DNA of 29,924 nt from Calditrichota bacterium (GCA_030641085.1 DAOWIC010000323.1:1-29924); one strand, 5' to 3'. Counted from the stretch's first letter, positions 17,932 to 26,601 are shown. Notes: generated by a model from the sequence alone, not told the origin. Translations and numbers: made by a program.

Positions 17932-18160
17932 ATAACGCCTTATATATCAACAACTTACATTTATAATCGTGACCTGCTCAATTATTAAGGATAGTCAATG
18001 GAGCCGTCAAAGTCAACTACAAAAGTATAATTACTTGCCGCGTAAAAACTTAGGAAACACTACCAAAAACAACCGGCTTGCTTCCATTTGCTATACAATA
18101 CCACACAATACGCCAAAATACTTGAGCGGCAATAATTGAGAGCGTGCAACGGAAAAGGGC

Positions 18161-18189
18161 AAAAAAAACCCCGGCCAAAATAGCCGGGG
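18161..18189 (-). terminator. Intrinsic terminator after the cohesin-like/CTD gene
   Basis: Minus strand reads CCCCGGC-TATTTTG-GCCGGGG-TTTTTTTT. Confidence 0.85.
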
Positions 18190-18214
18190 CTATACAAAAT
18201 CGTGCTGTGCCAAA

Positions 18215-19126
18215 TTACTTCAGCAGCATCATCTTCTTGGTTTCTACAAAGGAACCGGCTTCCATGCGATAGAAGTAGATTCCCGAAGAAACCTTGTTGC
18301 CGCCGTCACTGGTGCCGTCCCAGTCCACGACATAAGAACCGGCATTCATCTCTTCGTCGACCAGGGTAACTGTCTTCTGTCCGAGCACGTTAAAAACGCT
18401 GATGTTGACCTGCGAATGGGTCGGGACATCAAAGTTTACTTGAGTAGTCGGGTTGAACGGGTTCGGATAGTTCTGCGACAGGTCAAACGAGGTCGGCAGC
18501 ATGTCGCCGCGCGACGAAATGCCCTGCGACGGATCGGTCACTATGAAGCAGTGCGGTCCATCCCAGGCCGGCTCGATTGAACCACCCGGGCCAACCCACA
18601 TCCAGTAACCGGTCGGCCGGTAGAAGCAGGTGTCAAGGCAGATGGTCCTGCCGTGGTCGGTGGTCGCGATCGGGCCGATGGTGATCAGGTAGGATTCTTC
18701 GTCGAAGTTCGCGGGAACACCTGAACAGTTCGACATGATTGCGCCGCCGTAACCGACCGTATCGACAAGCATGCCGTCAACGTCGGACAAGGTAATTCCG
18801 TAAGTATCAAGGAAGCCCCAGTCCGGGGGGACTAAGTTTAGATTGTAACCGGTCCAGCCCCAGCTAACCGTGTCGGCAAACGTCTCGGTCCAGGTGGCGC
18901 CATCGTCGGAGTAAACCTTGAAACCGTTGGCCATACCTTCAATGAGATCAGCGTCGTTGGTAAAACGCAGGACGAACGTAATGGTCGTCGAACCATCGGC
19001 AATGATGCGATCGGTCGTACCATCTACCAGACCTTCGGTTCTTTCCAGGGTGATGCCCTGCCCGAATGCCATGCTGAACGAGCAAACAAGCAGGATAACG
19101 GTGAGAATTGACAGCTTAACTTTCAT
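18215..19126 (-). CDS. Secreted protein: cohesin-like beta-sandwich + FlgD-Ig/T9SS-type C-terminal sorting domain
   Basis: Signal peptide (MKVKLSILTVILLVCSFSMAFG), RBS GGAGG and a C-terminal 'FDLSQNYPNPFNPTT...FNVLGQK..TL...WDG...SSGIYFYRMEAG...KKMMLLK'. The CTD call is strong; the cohesin call for the N-domain is a pattern inference. Confidence 0.75.
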   Translation of the reverse strand: MKVKLSILTVILLVCSFSMAFGQGITLERTEGLVDGTTDRIIADGSTTITFVLRFTNDADLIEGMANGFKVYSDDGATWTETFADTVSWGWTGYNLNLVPPDWGFLDTYGITLSDVDGMLVDTVGYGGAIMSNCSGVPANFDEESYLITIGPIATTDHGRTICLDTCFYRPTGYWMWVGPGGSIEPAWDGPHCFIVTDPSQGISSRGDMLPTSFDLSQNYPNPFNPTTQVNFDVPTHSQVNISVFNVLGQKTVTLVDEEMNAGSYVVDWDGTSDGGNKVSSGIYFYRMEAGSFVETKKMMLLK

Positions 19127-19335
19127 TTTAACCTATGCCTCCATACATCAGATTTTTCCATCCCAAGGATCGAATAATTAACAGATCTATTTATCAAATA
19201 CTTATAAGGCCACCTCCCGTAAGTACGTGGAAGCTACTGTTTTTTGTTCCACTCATGCAATAATCCATTCTCAAAATACGGCCATGAGTTATCGGAGTCA
19301 ATAAGAATAATAGCCGCATACAATATTTAACAGGC

Positions 19336-19364
19336 GCGTCGGGCCGCATTCGGCGGCCCGACGC
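19336..19364. terminator. Perfect 12-bp GC hairpin between the S8 protease and the cohesin-like/CTD gene
   Basis: GCGTCGGGCCGC-ATTCG-GCGGCCCGACGC with only a weak U tract on the minus strand; a partial terminator or mRNA stabiliser. Confidence 0.55.
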
Positions 19365-19380
19365 AACAATTGCTCTCCAG

Positions 19381-21774
19381 TTACATAGACGGCGGTGCCG
19401 GGCCTTCGTTAAACGCATAATTCACCAGGTAGACCAGATCGGCCACGTCAATCTGGCCACTTCCGTCCACGTCGCCGCCGATCGGATCGGGCGCCGGGCC
19501 TTCGTTAAAGGCGTAATTCACCAGAAGTACCAGATCGGCCACATTAATCTGGCCGTTACAATCGGCATCGCCGTGAGCGCACGGTCCAATACTGATTTTA
19601 CCCGGCGTGAAAATCGGAAAATAGTTGCCCAGAATCGTGGTCATACGAGGGTTTTTGCCCGAAACGGTGGCGGTATCGATAATGCTCACGATCTCCGGGT
19701 CGGATTCCCGGGGAGCGGTGAAGTAAAGGTTCAAAATCGGGCCGTCACCCGGGGTTAGATAGGTGGAGCCGCCGGAAGTGTTGGTTTTCATGAGGATCGA
19801 CACACCATAGTGCCACGGATCGGCGGCGTTTTTGGTGATTGATTCGAAATACTCAGTGCGCAGGCCTTCCACCGAAAAGCTGTCGTAGGTGATGCCATTG
19901 TCGTTGGCGTAAGTGAAGGCGAACTGAATCTCTTTCACCAGCACCGTGTTCCTGAGATAAACCGGCACCGCCACGCTCTTGCCCTTGGAGGCTTCCACCG
20001 AATCCATAATGCAGGTATCTCCCTGCACCCAAACATAGTTTTTCAGGTACTCTTCGCCCCATCCCAGCGGGTTGCCTTCGTCGACTTTCAGGGAGACCGT
20101 ATAGACACCAACATCATTAAATGTATACTGCGGGTTCTGCTCTATGGAGCCGTCACCGTTGCCGAAACTCCATTCCCAGGCGGTGGGCGAGTTCGGGGAG
20201 AGATCGGTAAACTGCACCGTCAGCGGCACCGGGCCGTCGGTTACGTCGGCCGTGAACTTGGCGTTGGGCAAGTTGATCAGCGCCTGGTAGGCGTCGATAC
20301 GGCCTGAGCCGAGCAGATTGCGTAAATCGATCGGGTTGGCGTTGTACAGGGCATCATAGTCGGCCGAATTAACAATAATCGAGTCTATCTGGTCACGGTT
20401 CAGCGACGGCATGTGCGAGCGAATCAGCGCCGCCAGCCCGGCTACCATCGGCGATGCCATCGAGGTGCCGCTGAGCGAGGCGGTCATGGGCACATATTCG
20501 TCGGAATAGGTCGAAAGAATTGAGGAGCCGGGTGCCGAGACATCAATCCAGTCGCCGTAATTGGAAAAGCCGGATTTCGCATCGGAGTAAGGTCCGGTCG
20601 ACGCTATCGAGAGGACATCCCCCCCCGGTCGGGTATCCAAAAAGTCGGGATACTCATTATCGTCGTTGCCCGCCGCGTGGCAGATAGTCATGCCGGCCGC
20701 GACAGCATTGTCGATGGCCGCCGACTGGGCCGAACTGCCACCCCAACTGCAGTTGACGACATGGGCGCCCATCATTGCGGCGTAATCGATGGCCGCCGCC
20801 GCATCGCTTGGATTTACGTAGCCGTGGCCGTCATCGGCCGTACCGCCGATTCTCAGGCATATTATTTTGGCGCCGGCAAAAGAGCGGTGGCCGCCGTACC
20901 AGCCACCAGCCACACCGGTTACGTCCAGACCGTTGTTATTGGCCGCGGCGGTAATGCCGGCACAGTGAGTGCCGTGACCGTTAAAATCGTTCGGATCAGA
21001 ATCGCGAACACCGCCGTCCTCACCCGGCCAGACCGAGCCGAGGCCGCTGAGGAAGTCGTAGCCAATCAAATCGTCAATGACGCCGTTGCCATCGTTGTCA
21101 ATGCCGTCCAGATCGTCTTCGTCGTAAACAATTCCGTCGCCGTCGAGATCCTCACCCGGATTGACCCAGATATTCTGGATCAGATCGCGGTGCAGGTAAT
21201 TAACGCCGGTGTCGGTCATAGCAATTTTGATCGAGTCGGAGCCGGTTTCGATATCCCAGGCGTCATAAAACAGCGGATCGGGTGTGGAGGGGTAGTTCAT
21301 CGCCCACTGCGAGCCCCATTCCGGATCGTTGGGCTCCGCCTCCACCGGTTGCGCCCAGACCGCCTCGGCGGTTCTGATATTGGGGTTTTGCAGCAGGGCA
21401 TCGACCACGTCGGACACATTCTGTGTCTCATCGAACTTGAACTGGTACCAACGGGTTAGATCGTGCATGCCGGAGTTGACCGGCGGCTTTTCGGTTCGCC
21501 ACGGGAATATCTTCGTGGCGTCGTACACCTTAACCTGGTCCAGCACGGCGTCCAGACTGGCCAGTCCGAAGCGGACTTTGTCGAAGCTTTTCTCGACTGA
21601 TCGCAGGTCGACATCGTCTTCAAAGCGTACAGAAACCACACCCTTGATAATAAACGGTTCCGGCTTACCTTGATCGTCGCCGGGATAAATTCTTGCGTTT
21701 GAGGTAGTGGTCAGAACCAACAGTGCCAGCATGATGGCGACCATGGTGACAGCACCGGGAACCCTCTTTCTCAT
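19381..21774 (-). CDS. Subtilisin-family (S8) serine protease with PKD, cohesin-like and dockerin domains
   Basis: Signal peptide (ATG 21774, AAGGAG 8 nt upstream), prodomain, catalytic triad motifs 'TDTGV', 'NGHGTHCAG' and 'SGTSMASP', PKD ('VPLTVQFTDLS...WEWSFGNG...NPQYTF...GVYTVSL'), a cohesin-like 'VAVPVYLRN...IQFAFTY...PGDGPILNLYF', and a duplicated dockerin 'GDADCNGQINVADLV...GDVDGSGQIDVADLV'. Confidence 0.92.
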   Translation of the reverse strand: MRKRVPGAVTMVAIMLALLVLTTTSNARIYPGDDQGKPEPFIIKGVVSVRFEDDVDLRSVEKSFDKVRFGLASLDAVLDQVKVYDATKIFPWRTEKPPVNSGMHDLTRWYQFKFDETQNVSDVVDALLQNPNIRTAEAVWAQPVEAEPNDPEWGSQWAMNYPSTPDPLFYDAWDIETGSDSIKIAMTDTGVNYLHRDLIQNIWVNPGEDLDGDGIVYDEDDLDGIDNDGNGVIDDLIGYDFLSGLGSVWPGEDGGVRDSDPNDFNGHGTHCAGITAAANNNGLDVTGVAGGWYGGHRSFAGAKIICLRIGGTADDGHGYVNPSDAAAAIDYAAMMGAHVVNCSWGGSSAQSAAIDNAVAAGMTICHAAGNDDNEYPDFLDTRPGGDVLSIASTGPYSDAKSGFSNYGDWIDVSAPGSSILSTYSDEYVPMTASLSGTSMASPMVAGLAALIRSHMPSLNRDQIDSIIVNSADYDALYNANPIDLRNLLGSGRIDAYQALINLPNAKFTADVTDGPVPLTVQFTDLSPNSPTAWEWSFGNGDGSIEQNPQYTFNDVGVYTVSLKVDEGNPLGWGEEYLKNYVWVQGDTCIMDSVEASKGKSVAVPVYLRNTVLVKEIQFAFTYANDNGITYDSFSVEGLRTEYFESITKNAADPWHYGVSILMKTNTSGGSTYLTPGDGPILNLYFTAPRESDPEIVSIIDTATVSGKNPRMTTILGNYFPIFTPGKISIGPCAHGDADCNGQINVADLVLLVNYAFNEGPAPDPIGGDVDGSGQIDVADLVYLVNYAFNEGPAPPSM

Positions 21775-22071
21775 CGTATTCACTCCTTAGCCCCTATCAA
21801 ATAATGCGTTTAGTCTGCTCAGAATGTGCAATCAGTATAAGGTATAACAACAAACGTCGTGCCGAGTTTACACAATTTGCCTGCTTATATAAGACGTTAA
21901 GCACCAGCTACTTACCGTCCGACAATGTTCCCAAAGTGCAGCCTTTTGCGTAAAAGACGGCCTCCTGTGAACTTCTGTGAGGTAATGGGTTTTAGTCAGA
22001 ACCTGTTTATCAAGGGCGATTCAAGTCCGGGCTATGAAGTAAATATAATATGGTTATGGAAATAGTCCAAG

Positions 22072-22108
22072 AAAAAAAAGCCACCCCCGAAATCGTCGGG
22101 GGTGGCTT
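22072..22108 (-). terminator. Intrinsic terminator after the 1312-aa dockerin protein
   Basis: A 13-bp stem AAGCCACCCCCGA/TCGGGGGTGGCTT with an A8 tract on the plus strand (U tract on the minus strand). Confidence 0.88.
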
Positions 22109-22161
22109 CTGTTTCTGTTATCGAAAGGAATCTGTCGATTCCGTACTATCGATAATTATTT

Positions 22162-25100
22162 CTAGTGAACCTCACCCGGGCACCAGACCGGATCATCACC
22201 ACCTCCGAATGACCAGCTGACCCAGTAGACGATGTCAGCAACATCGACACGTCCGGAGTCATCCATATCGCACTCGGGATAGAAATAGGCACCCTCTTCA
22301 CCTTCTTGGCAACCCGGATGTACCGGATTACCCTTAAAGGCCCAGTTTACCCATGCCACAACGTCTTGGACGTCGACACGATCGTTATGGTCGAAGTCAC
22401 CACGGTTGTTGCAGCAGGAACCACAGGCGTCACCGACGCCGTCGCCGTCACTGTCTTCCTGACCCGGATTCCAGACATACGGGCAGTTATCGACATCGTT
22501 CAGGACGCCGTCGCCATCGATATCGGTGTCACAGGCATCGCCTTCACCATCTTCGTCCATATCCGCCTGGTTGCTGTTGGCAGCAGTCGGGCAGTTATCA
22601 CAGGCGTTACCTACTCCATCGTTATCGAAGTCGGACTGGTTGTGGTTAGCCGTAGTTACACAGTTGTCACAGCCATCCGGAACACCGTCGCCGTCAACGT
22701 CGTCTGAGTCGCTGAAGCCTAGGCAGGCATCGCACGCATCCGGAACGCCGTCCCCGTCAGTGTCGGTGCCGTCGTCGTAGACATACGGGCAACCATCGGA
22801 GGCGTTCAGGATACCGTCGCCGTCGATATCATCATCGAGAACGTCCGCGGTACCGTCTTCATCAACGTCACCCTGATCCGGGTTGGGGACGTTCGGAGCG
22901 TTATCGCAGGCGTCGATAATACAGTCACCGTCGGTATCAGCCAGAAGGGTCAACATATCCTTCTTGGCAGTAAAGTCTTCGTACCAGGCGATTCCTCGGT
23001 CGACAACACCGGCCAGATCGGTAATAGTACCATCCTCAACCGTCACCATAACAGTGAAGGCTGAGTAGACATCGGTCGGGCCGATGGTGATCTGTGGCGT
23101 GTAACACATGACCGAGTGAAGGTCGCGCTCGACCTGTTCGGTTACCCAGAAGCCGGAAGTGTGCATGAAGCGCCAAAGCTGGGCCGGCACAAATCCACTA
23201 GCGGGATAAACGAAGGAGTCATTGTTGTTGCAATAGGCCGAGTATGGGACATTGCCACCCGGTGAGAGCAACGAGCCGTTCATGTGCTGCTCGAGGAAGG
23301 CCAGACCGGCCCAGCGGTTATTGGCCTCGACACAGTCATCCTGAAGAGTGTCACTTTCAAGATTCAGCTCGGTACCCTGCTGGTAAATCAGGTTACGAGT
23401 GTCATCAATACCAGGATCGTTCTTGGAGGAGTCGCCCGGGACATCCCAGTCAATCGCCTCACCGATGGTCAGGTCGGCGTGCGTGCCGCCGTCATAGGAC
23501 CATACTTTAAGAACCTGGATAATGAAGTCACAATCGATGGCATCCTGCGGAGCCACCCAGATACGCTCGAGACCAATGGCAGAGTCGTGAGTCACGAAGG
23601 TGCCGGACTGGAAGACCTGAAAAGTCGGGTCACAGTATGTCGCGTTGAGATGACCACCGAGCGGGCGGAAGCCTGCATCATCGGTGAAGCCATCATCAAA
23701 GATCGACCAGTTGAATACGGTGTCATGAGTGTTGGCGCCTTCCGGCTCGGCCAATTCCTCAATCCAACCGATAACCGGTGAACCGTCGTACAGGTACGGC
23801 GTTGCGGTTGTATCGCAGTCGCCGGCATTCACGAAGTCCATGCCATATCGCTTCGTGCCCTCGTTACCACAGTTACCGTTGGTGGCGACAACCAGACCGA
23901 GACAGGTGGTCGTGATCGTATCAAAGGCCGGACGATGCAGAGTGTCAGCCACAATGAGGCTGACCTCAAGCACGTTCGGGCTGGAGGGAGCGTTGCTACT
24001 GAAGATCAGGCGACCGGTCAGAACTTCCGGAATCGCCTTGGTCTGAACGCCACCGGTGTTGAGCGTTACAATACCGGTCTCAAGGTTGCCGAATCCGGAC
24101 GGAACGGCGCCGGTGAAGCCCATGTGACCGAGCCAGCCGGTCGGACCGTTGTCTTCTTCGACGACGACCGAATAAGTCAGGCCAACGTTACCGGTGTTTT
24201 CGATAACCAGAGGCGTATCAAGCTGAATACCCGGCCTGGTCCAAGTCGGGTCAGCAACCTGAGCCCAGGACGGAACCAGTTTCGGGTTCGGGATAGCTTC
24301 GACACAAGCCAGACGGAACCAGTTCACGTCGGCTTCCTGCCAGGTGCCTTCATCCTGTACAATACCACCGGCATCGGGGTCCATAATGTACTGAACCTCG
24401 AGGTAGTATTCGCCGACAGCGCCGGTGAATGTACCGGACGGGTCGACGACCTCAGCGTTGGACCAGTCGTCGTCAGTTTGATTAGGACGACCGAAACGGG
24501 ACATCGACGGCCAGTTTTCGGACATACATGGCTCGCCGCCACCCGCAATGTCACAGTCCTTGGAGTAGGTGTTAGTGACGTTACGGGCTTCATCCCAGGT
24601 CAGACCGTCGTCTTCCGAGACGGAGATCCAAAGATCACCGTTGGCGGCGCCGGACGGAGCCTCGTTGTAACGGGCGGCACAGTCATCAAAGACGCCGTGT
24701 ACCGGATCCAGGAACTGTACCCAGAGGGCATACAGTCTGCCGTTACATTCCGAGACCTGCATTTTGGCGATGTTACCATTCCACGCGCCAGACCAGCATT
24801 CAATGTCATCCCACAGGGCGCCCCACACCGCGTCTTGAACGGTACGGATAAGGGGAGCCGGGTTGGCTACATCGTCGAAAGCTTCCGACCAGTGGAACAG
24901 ACGGCCTTCAGGCAGCCAGCCTTCAGTCGCGGCATCGGCCGGCCAGTAAGTACCGAACCACAGGATGTGGAGATCGTCGTCGGAATCAATCATACACGAC
25001 AGATCGGTATAGAGACGGTAGCCGGTTTCACCGTCGACCATTTTGGTCAGGTTGACTCTCGGGTTCCAGGTTTGACCCTGGTCGTCAGAGATCTGATATA

Positions 25101-26100
25101 ATACGTCGTTATCCCACTGAACGTGGATAGTTGACGTACCCGAGCAGGTATCACAGTCACCCGGATTGGGGAGGTTGGCCCCCCAGACCAGAGCCACCTT
25201 GTCGGTGGTTCTGGAGGCGGCGATGTCTTGCGATATGTCATAGATCGTGTCGACACAATACGGCGGGTCATCCCAGGCACTGTTCGGGAACAGGCCCTGG
25301 AAGGGATTCACCAGCCGGAAGTAATAAACCGCCTGCGGATCGGCGGCGTTGGCTTCGGATATCTGAGAGAACACGTGAAGGACCGTATCGGTACCTTCCT
25401 GCAGCCGGAATTTCGGCCAGATGCACTCGTCAGCATCATTGGATTGATAGTATCCAGCGAGTTCGTCCGGGACTCTCTCCGTCTCGCCAAAGTCGAAAGC
25501 ACCGTAGCCGGGCTCCCAGTCACGGTACAGGTGCGGCTCATAGTGGTCATCACCGGTCTGGTTGTGACCGCCGATGATGGCACGGCCACTTTTATCGACA
25601 TCAAGGCCGACGTAACCGGCATATTCGTCACCACTCTGCACGATAATGGGTGCGGTAGCGAAAGCGCCACCGGCGATGTTGTAGTAGTTATAGCCATAGG
25701 CACGAGCGGTGAAGGTCGGCAGGGGCAAATACATCCACGAGAACTGAATCCACGCGGCGCTGGTTTCCCAAGCCGGATTCGGTGGGTGGGGGCCCCAAGC
25801 AACCATACGGCCGATCGTTCCATTGTGCTGATAGTCATACCAGGTGGTACCGACTGTCTTACCCGGTGACGCTTTGTCCGGGCTTTTGTCATAGTCATAA
25901 GACACGCCGACTGACGGCAGGGCACCAGCGCCCACGGTAAAACTGTGTTCATTCGGGAAGGAGTATACCACCGATCTATCGATGATTGCTCGATCAGAAT
26001 TTTTAACAATTACCGGGGATCTGGCAGCCATGGCGGTCAAGGCCAGCAGACTTACCAGCAACAAGGAGAGGATTAGTAGTGAAGAAAATCTCCTTATCAT
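22162..26100 (-). CDS. Large secreted protein: Asp-box (BNR) beta-propeller-like N-terminus, Ig-like domain, TSP3 repeats and C-terminal dockerin
   Basis: Signal peptide, RBS GAAAGGAG, Asp-boxes 'SDDQGQTW' and 'SEDDGLTW', an Ig-like 'LVIENTGNVGLTYSV', several DxDGDGVxDACDNC repeats, and a dockerin 'CCNNRGDFDHNDRVDVQD...CDMDDSGRVDVADIV'. Confidence 0.85.
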   Translation of the reverse strand: MIRRFSSLLILSLLLVSLLALTAMAARSPVIVKNSDRAIIDRSVVYSFPNEHSFTVGAGALPSVGVSYDYDKSPDKASPGKTVGTTWYDYQHNGTIGRMVAWGPHPPNPAWETSAAWIQFSWMYLPLPTFTARAYGYNYYNIAGGAFATAPIIVQSGDEYAGYVGLDVDKSGRAIIGGHNQTGDDHYEPHLYRDWEPGYGAFDFGETERVPDELAGYYQSNDADECIWPKFRLQEGTDTVLHVFSQISEANAADPQAVYYFRLVNPFQGLFPNSAWDDPPYCVDTIYDISQDIAASRTTDKVALVWGANLPNPGDCDTCSGTSTIHVQWDNDVLYQISDDQGQTWNPRVNLTKMVDGETGYRLYTDLSCMIDSDDDLHILWFGTYWPADAATEGWLPEGRLFHWSEAFDDVANPAPLIRTVQDAVWGALWDDIECWSGAWNGNIAKMQVSECNGRLYALWVQFLDPVHGVFDDCAARYNEAPSGAANGDLWISVSEDDGLTWDEARNVTNTYSKDCDIAGGGEPCMSENWPSMSRFGRPNQTDDDWSNAEVVDPSGTFTGAVGEYYLEVQYIMDPDAGGIVQDEGTWQEADVNWFRLACVEAIPNPKLVPSWAQVADPTWTRPGIQLDTPLVIENTGNVGLTYSVVVEEDNGPTGWLGHMGFTGAVPSGFGNLETGIVTLNTGGVQTKAIPEVLTGRLIFSSNAPSSPNVLEVSLIVADTLHRPAFDTITTTCLGLVVATNGNCGNEGTKRYGMDFVNAGDCDTTATPYLYDGSPVIGWIEELAEPEGANTHDTVFNWSIFDDGFTDDAGFRPLGGHLNATYCDPTFQVFQSGTFVTHDSAIGLERIWVAPQDAIDCDFIIQVLKVWSYDGGTHADLTIGEAIDWDVPGDSSKNDPGIDDTRNLIYQQGTELNLESDTLQDDCVEANNRWAGLAFLEQHMNGSLLSPGGNVPYSAYCNNNDSFVYPASGFVPAQLWRFMHTSGFWVTEQVERDLHSVMCYTPQITIGPTDVYSAFTVMVTVEDGTITDLAGVVDRGIAWYEDFTAKKDMLTLLADTDGDCIIDACDNAPNVPNPDQGDVDEDGTADVLDDDIDGDGILNASDGCPYVYDDGTDTDGDGVPDACDACLGFSDSDDVDGDGVPDGCDNCVTTANHNQSDFDNDGVGNACDNCPTAANSNQADMDEDGEGDACDTDIDGDGVLNDVDNCPYVWNPGQEDSDGDGVGDACGSCCNNRGDFDHNDRVDVQDVVAWVNWAFKGNPVHPGCQEGEEGAYFYPECDMDDSGRVDVADIVYWVSWSFGGGDDPVWCPGEVH
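22420..22945 (-). repeat. Thrombospondin type 3-like Ca-binding repeats (about 9)
   Basis: Recurring DxDxDGxxDxCDNC units in the translated protein. Confidence 0.8.
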
Positions 26101-26478
26101 CCATCGCTCCTTTCGAGGTTTAAAAAGTTCCCAACTTAGTCCTCAATTCAAGAAAAACATGCGTGCGATCTCTCTGCAAAAAGCAGACCGCACTCCAGAC
26201 GCCCCTTTGGATAAAAAGGCGTTGGCAATCATGAAAGTTACTCTGCTATGAATCCACCTCCCTTCCCGAACACAAAATGTCATGGGTTCTGTCCATTGTG
26301 AATAAAACTGAAGTAAGTGCTTTACAACTAATTCGCTAATGTCCTTCGTTACCTAATCGAAAAAAAAATCATGCTGTTACAACACGATACTTAATGAACA
26401 CTTGAGTTTCACTAAGCGAGAAATGTGTAAGACATATCAGTCATTTAGCCCTGCTCCCACATCAGCAAGACTAGTATA

Positions 26479-26507
26479 TATATAAGTACGCAACCTATTC
26501 TTGTCAA
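26479..26507 (-). promoter_or_regulatory. Putative sigma70 promoter about 380 nt upstream of the 1312-aa gene
   Basis: Minus strand TTGACA (26507-26502), 17 nt, TATATA (26484-26479), just downstream of the preceding terminator. Confidence 0.55.
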
Positions 26508-26534
26508 GCTATTTTGGCCGATTATTGAACAGCA

Positions 26535-26569
26535 GAAAAGCAAAGAGGCCGCCCGTTTTGGGCGACCTC
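26535..26569 (-). terminator. Intrinsic terminator after the cadherin/Ig-repeat gene
   Basis: Minus strand GAGGTCGCCC-AAAAC-GGGCGGCCTC-TTTGCTTTT: a 10-bp stem with one G-U pair. Confidence 0.75.
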
Positions 26570-26601
26570 AATCGCATTGGAAATCCGGTAAGAAATCGCA
26601 A

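Noticed and set aside
17932-18160. AT-rich stretch considered as a dif/att site or island boundary
   Set aside because: There is no match to the XerC/XerD dif consensus and no integrase, tRNA or direct repeat nearby. AT-richness fits ordinary promoter DNA.
18172-18184. 13-bp sequence CGGCCAAAATAGC recurring in inverted orientation at 26508-26520
   Set aside because: Only two copies in different contexts (terminator versus promoter flank), with no recombinase in view; probably chance.
21050-21170. Asp-rich DxDGDG insert in the S8 catalytic domain as an extra dockerin
   Set aside because: It matches the common Ca-binding insertion of many S8 proteases ('NPGE...DGIDNDGNG.IDD..GYDF').
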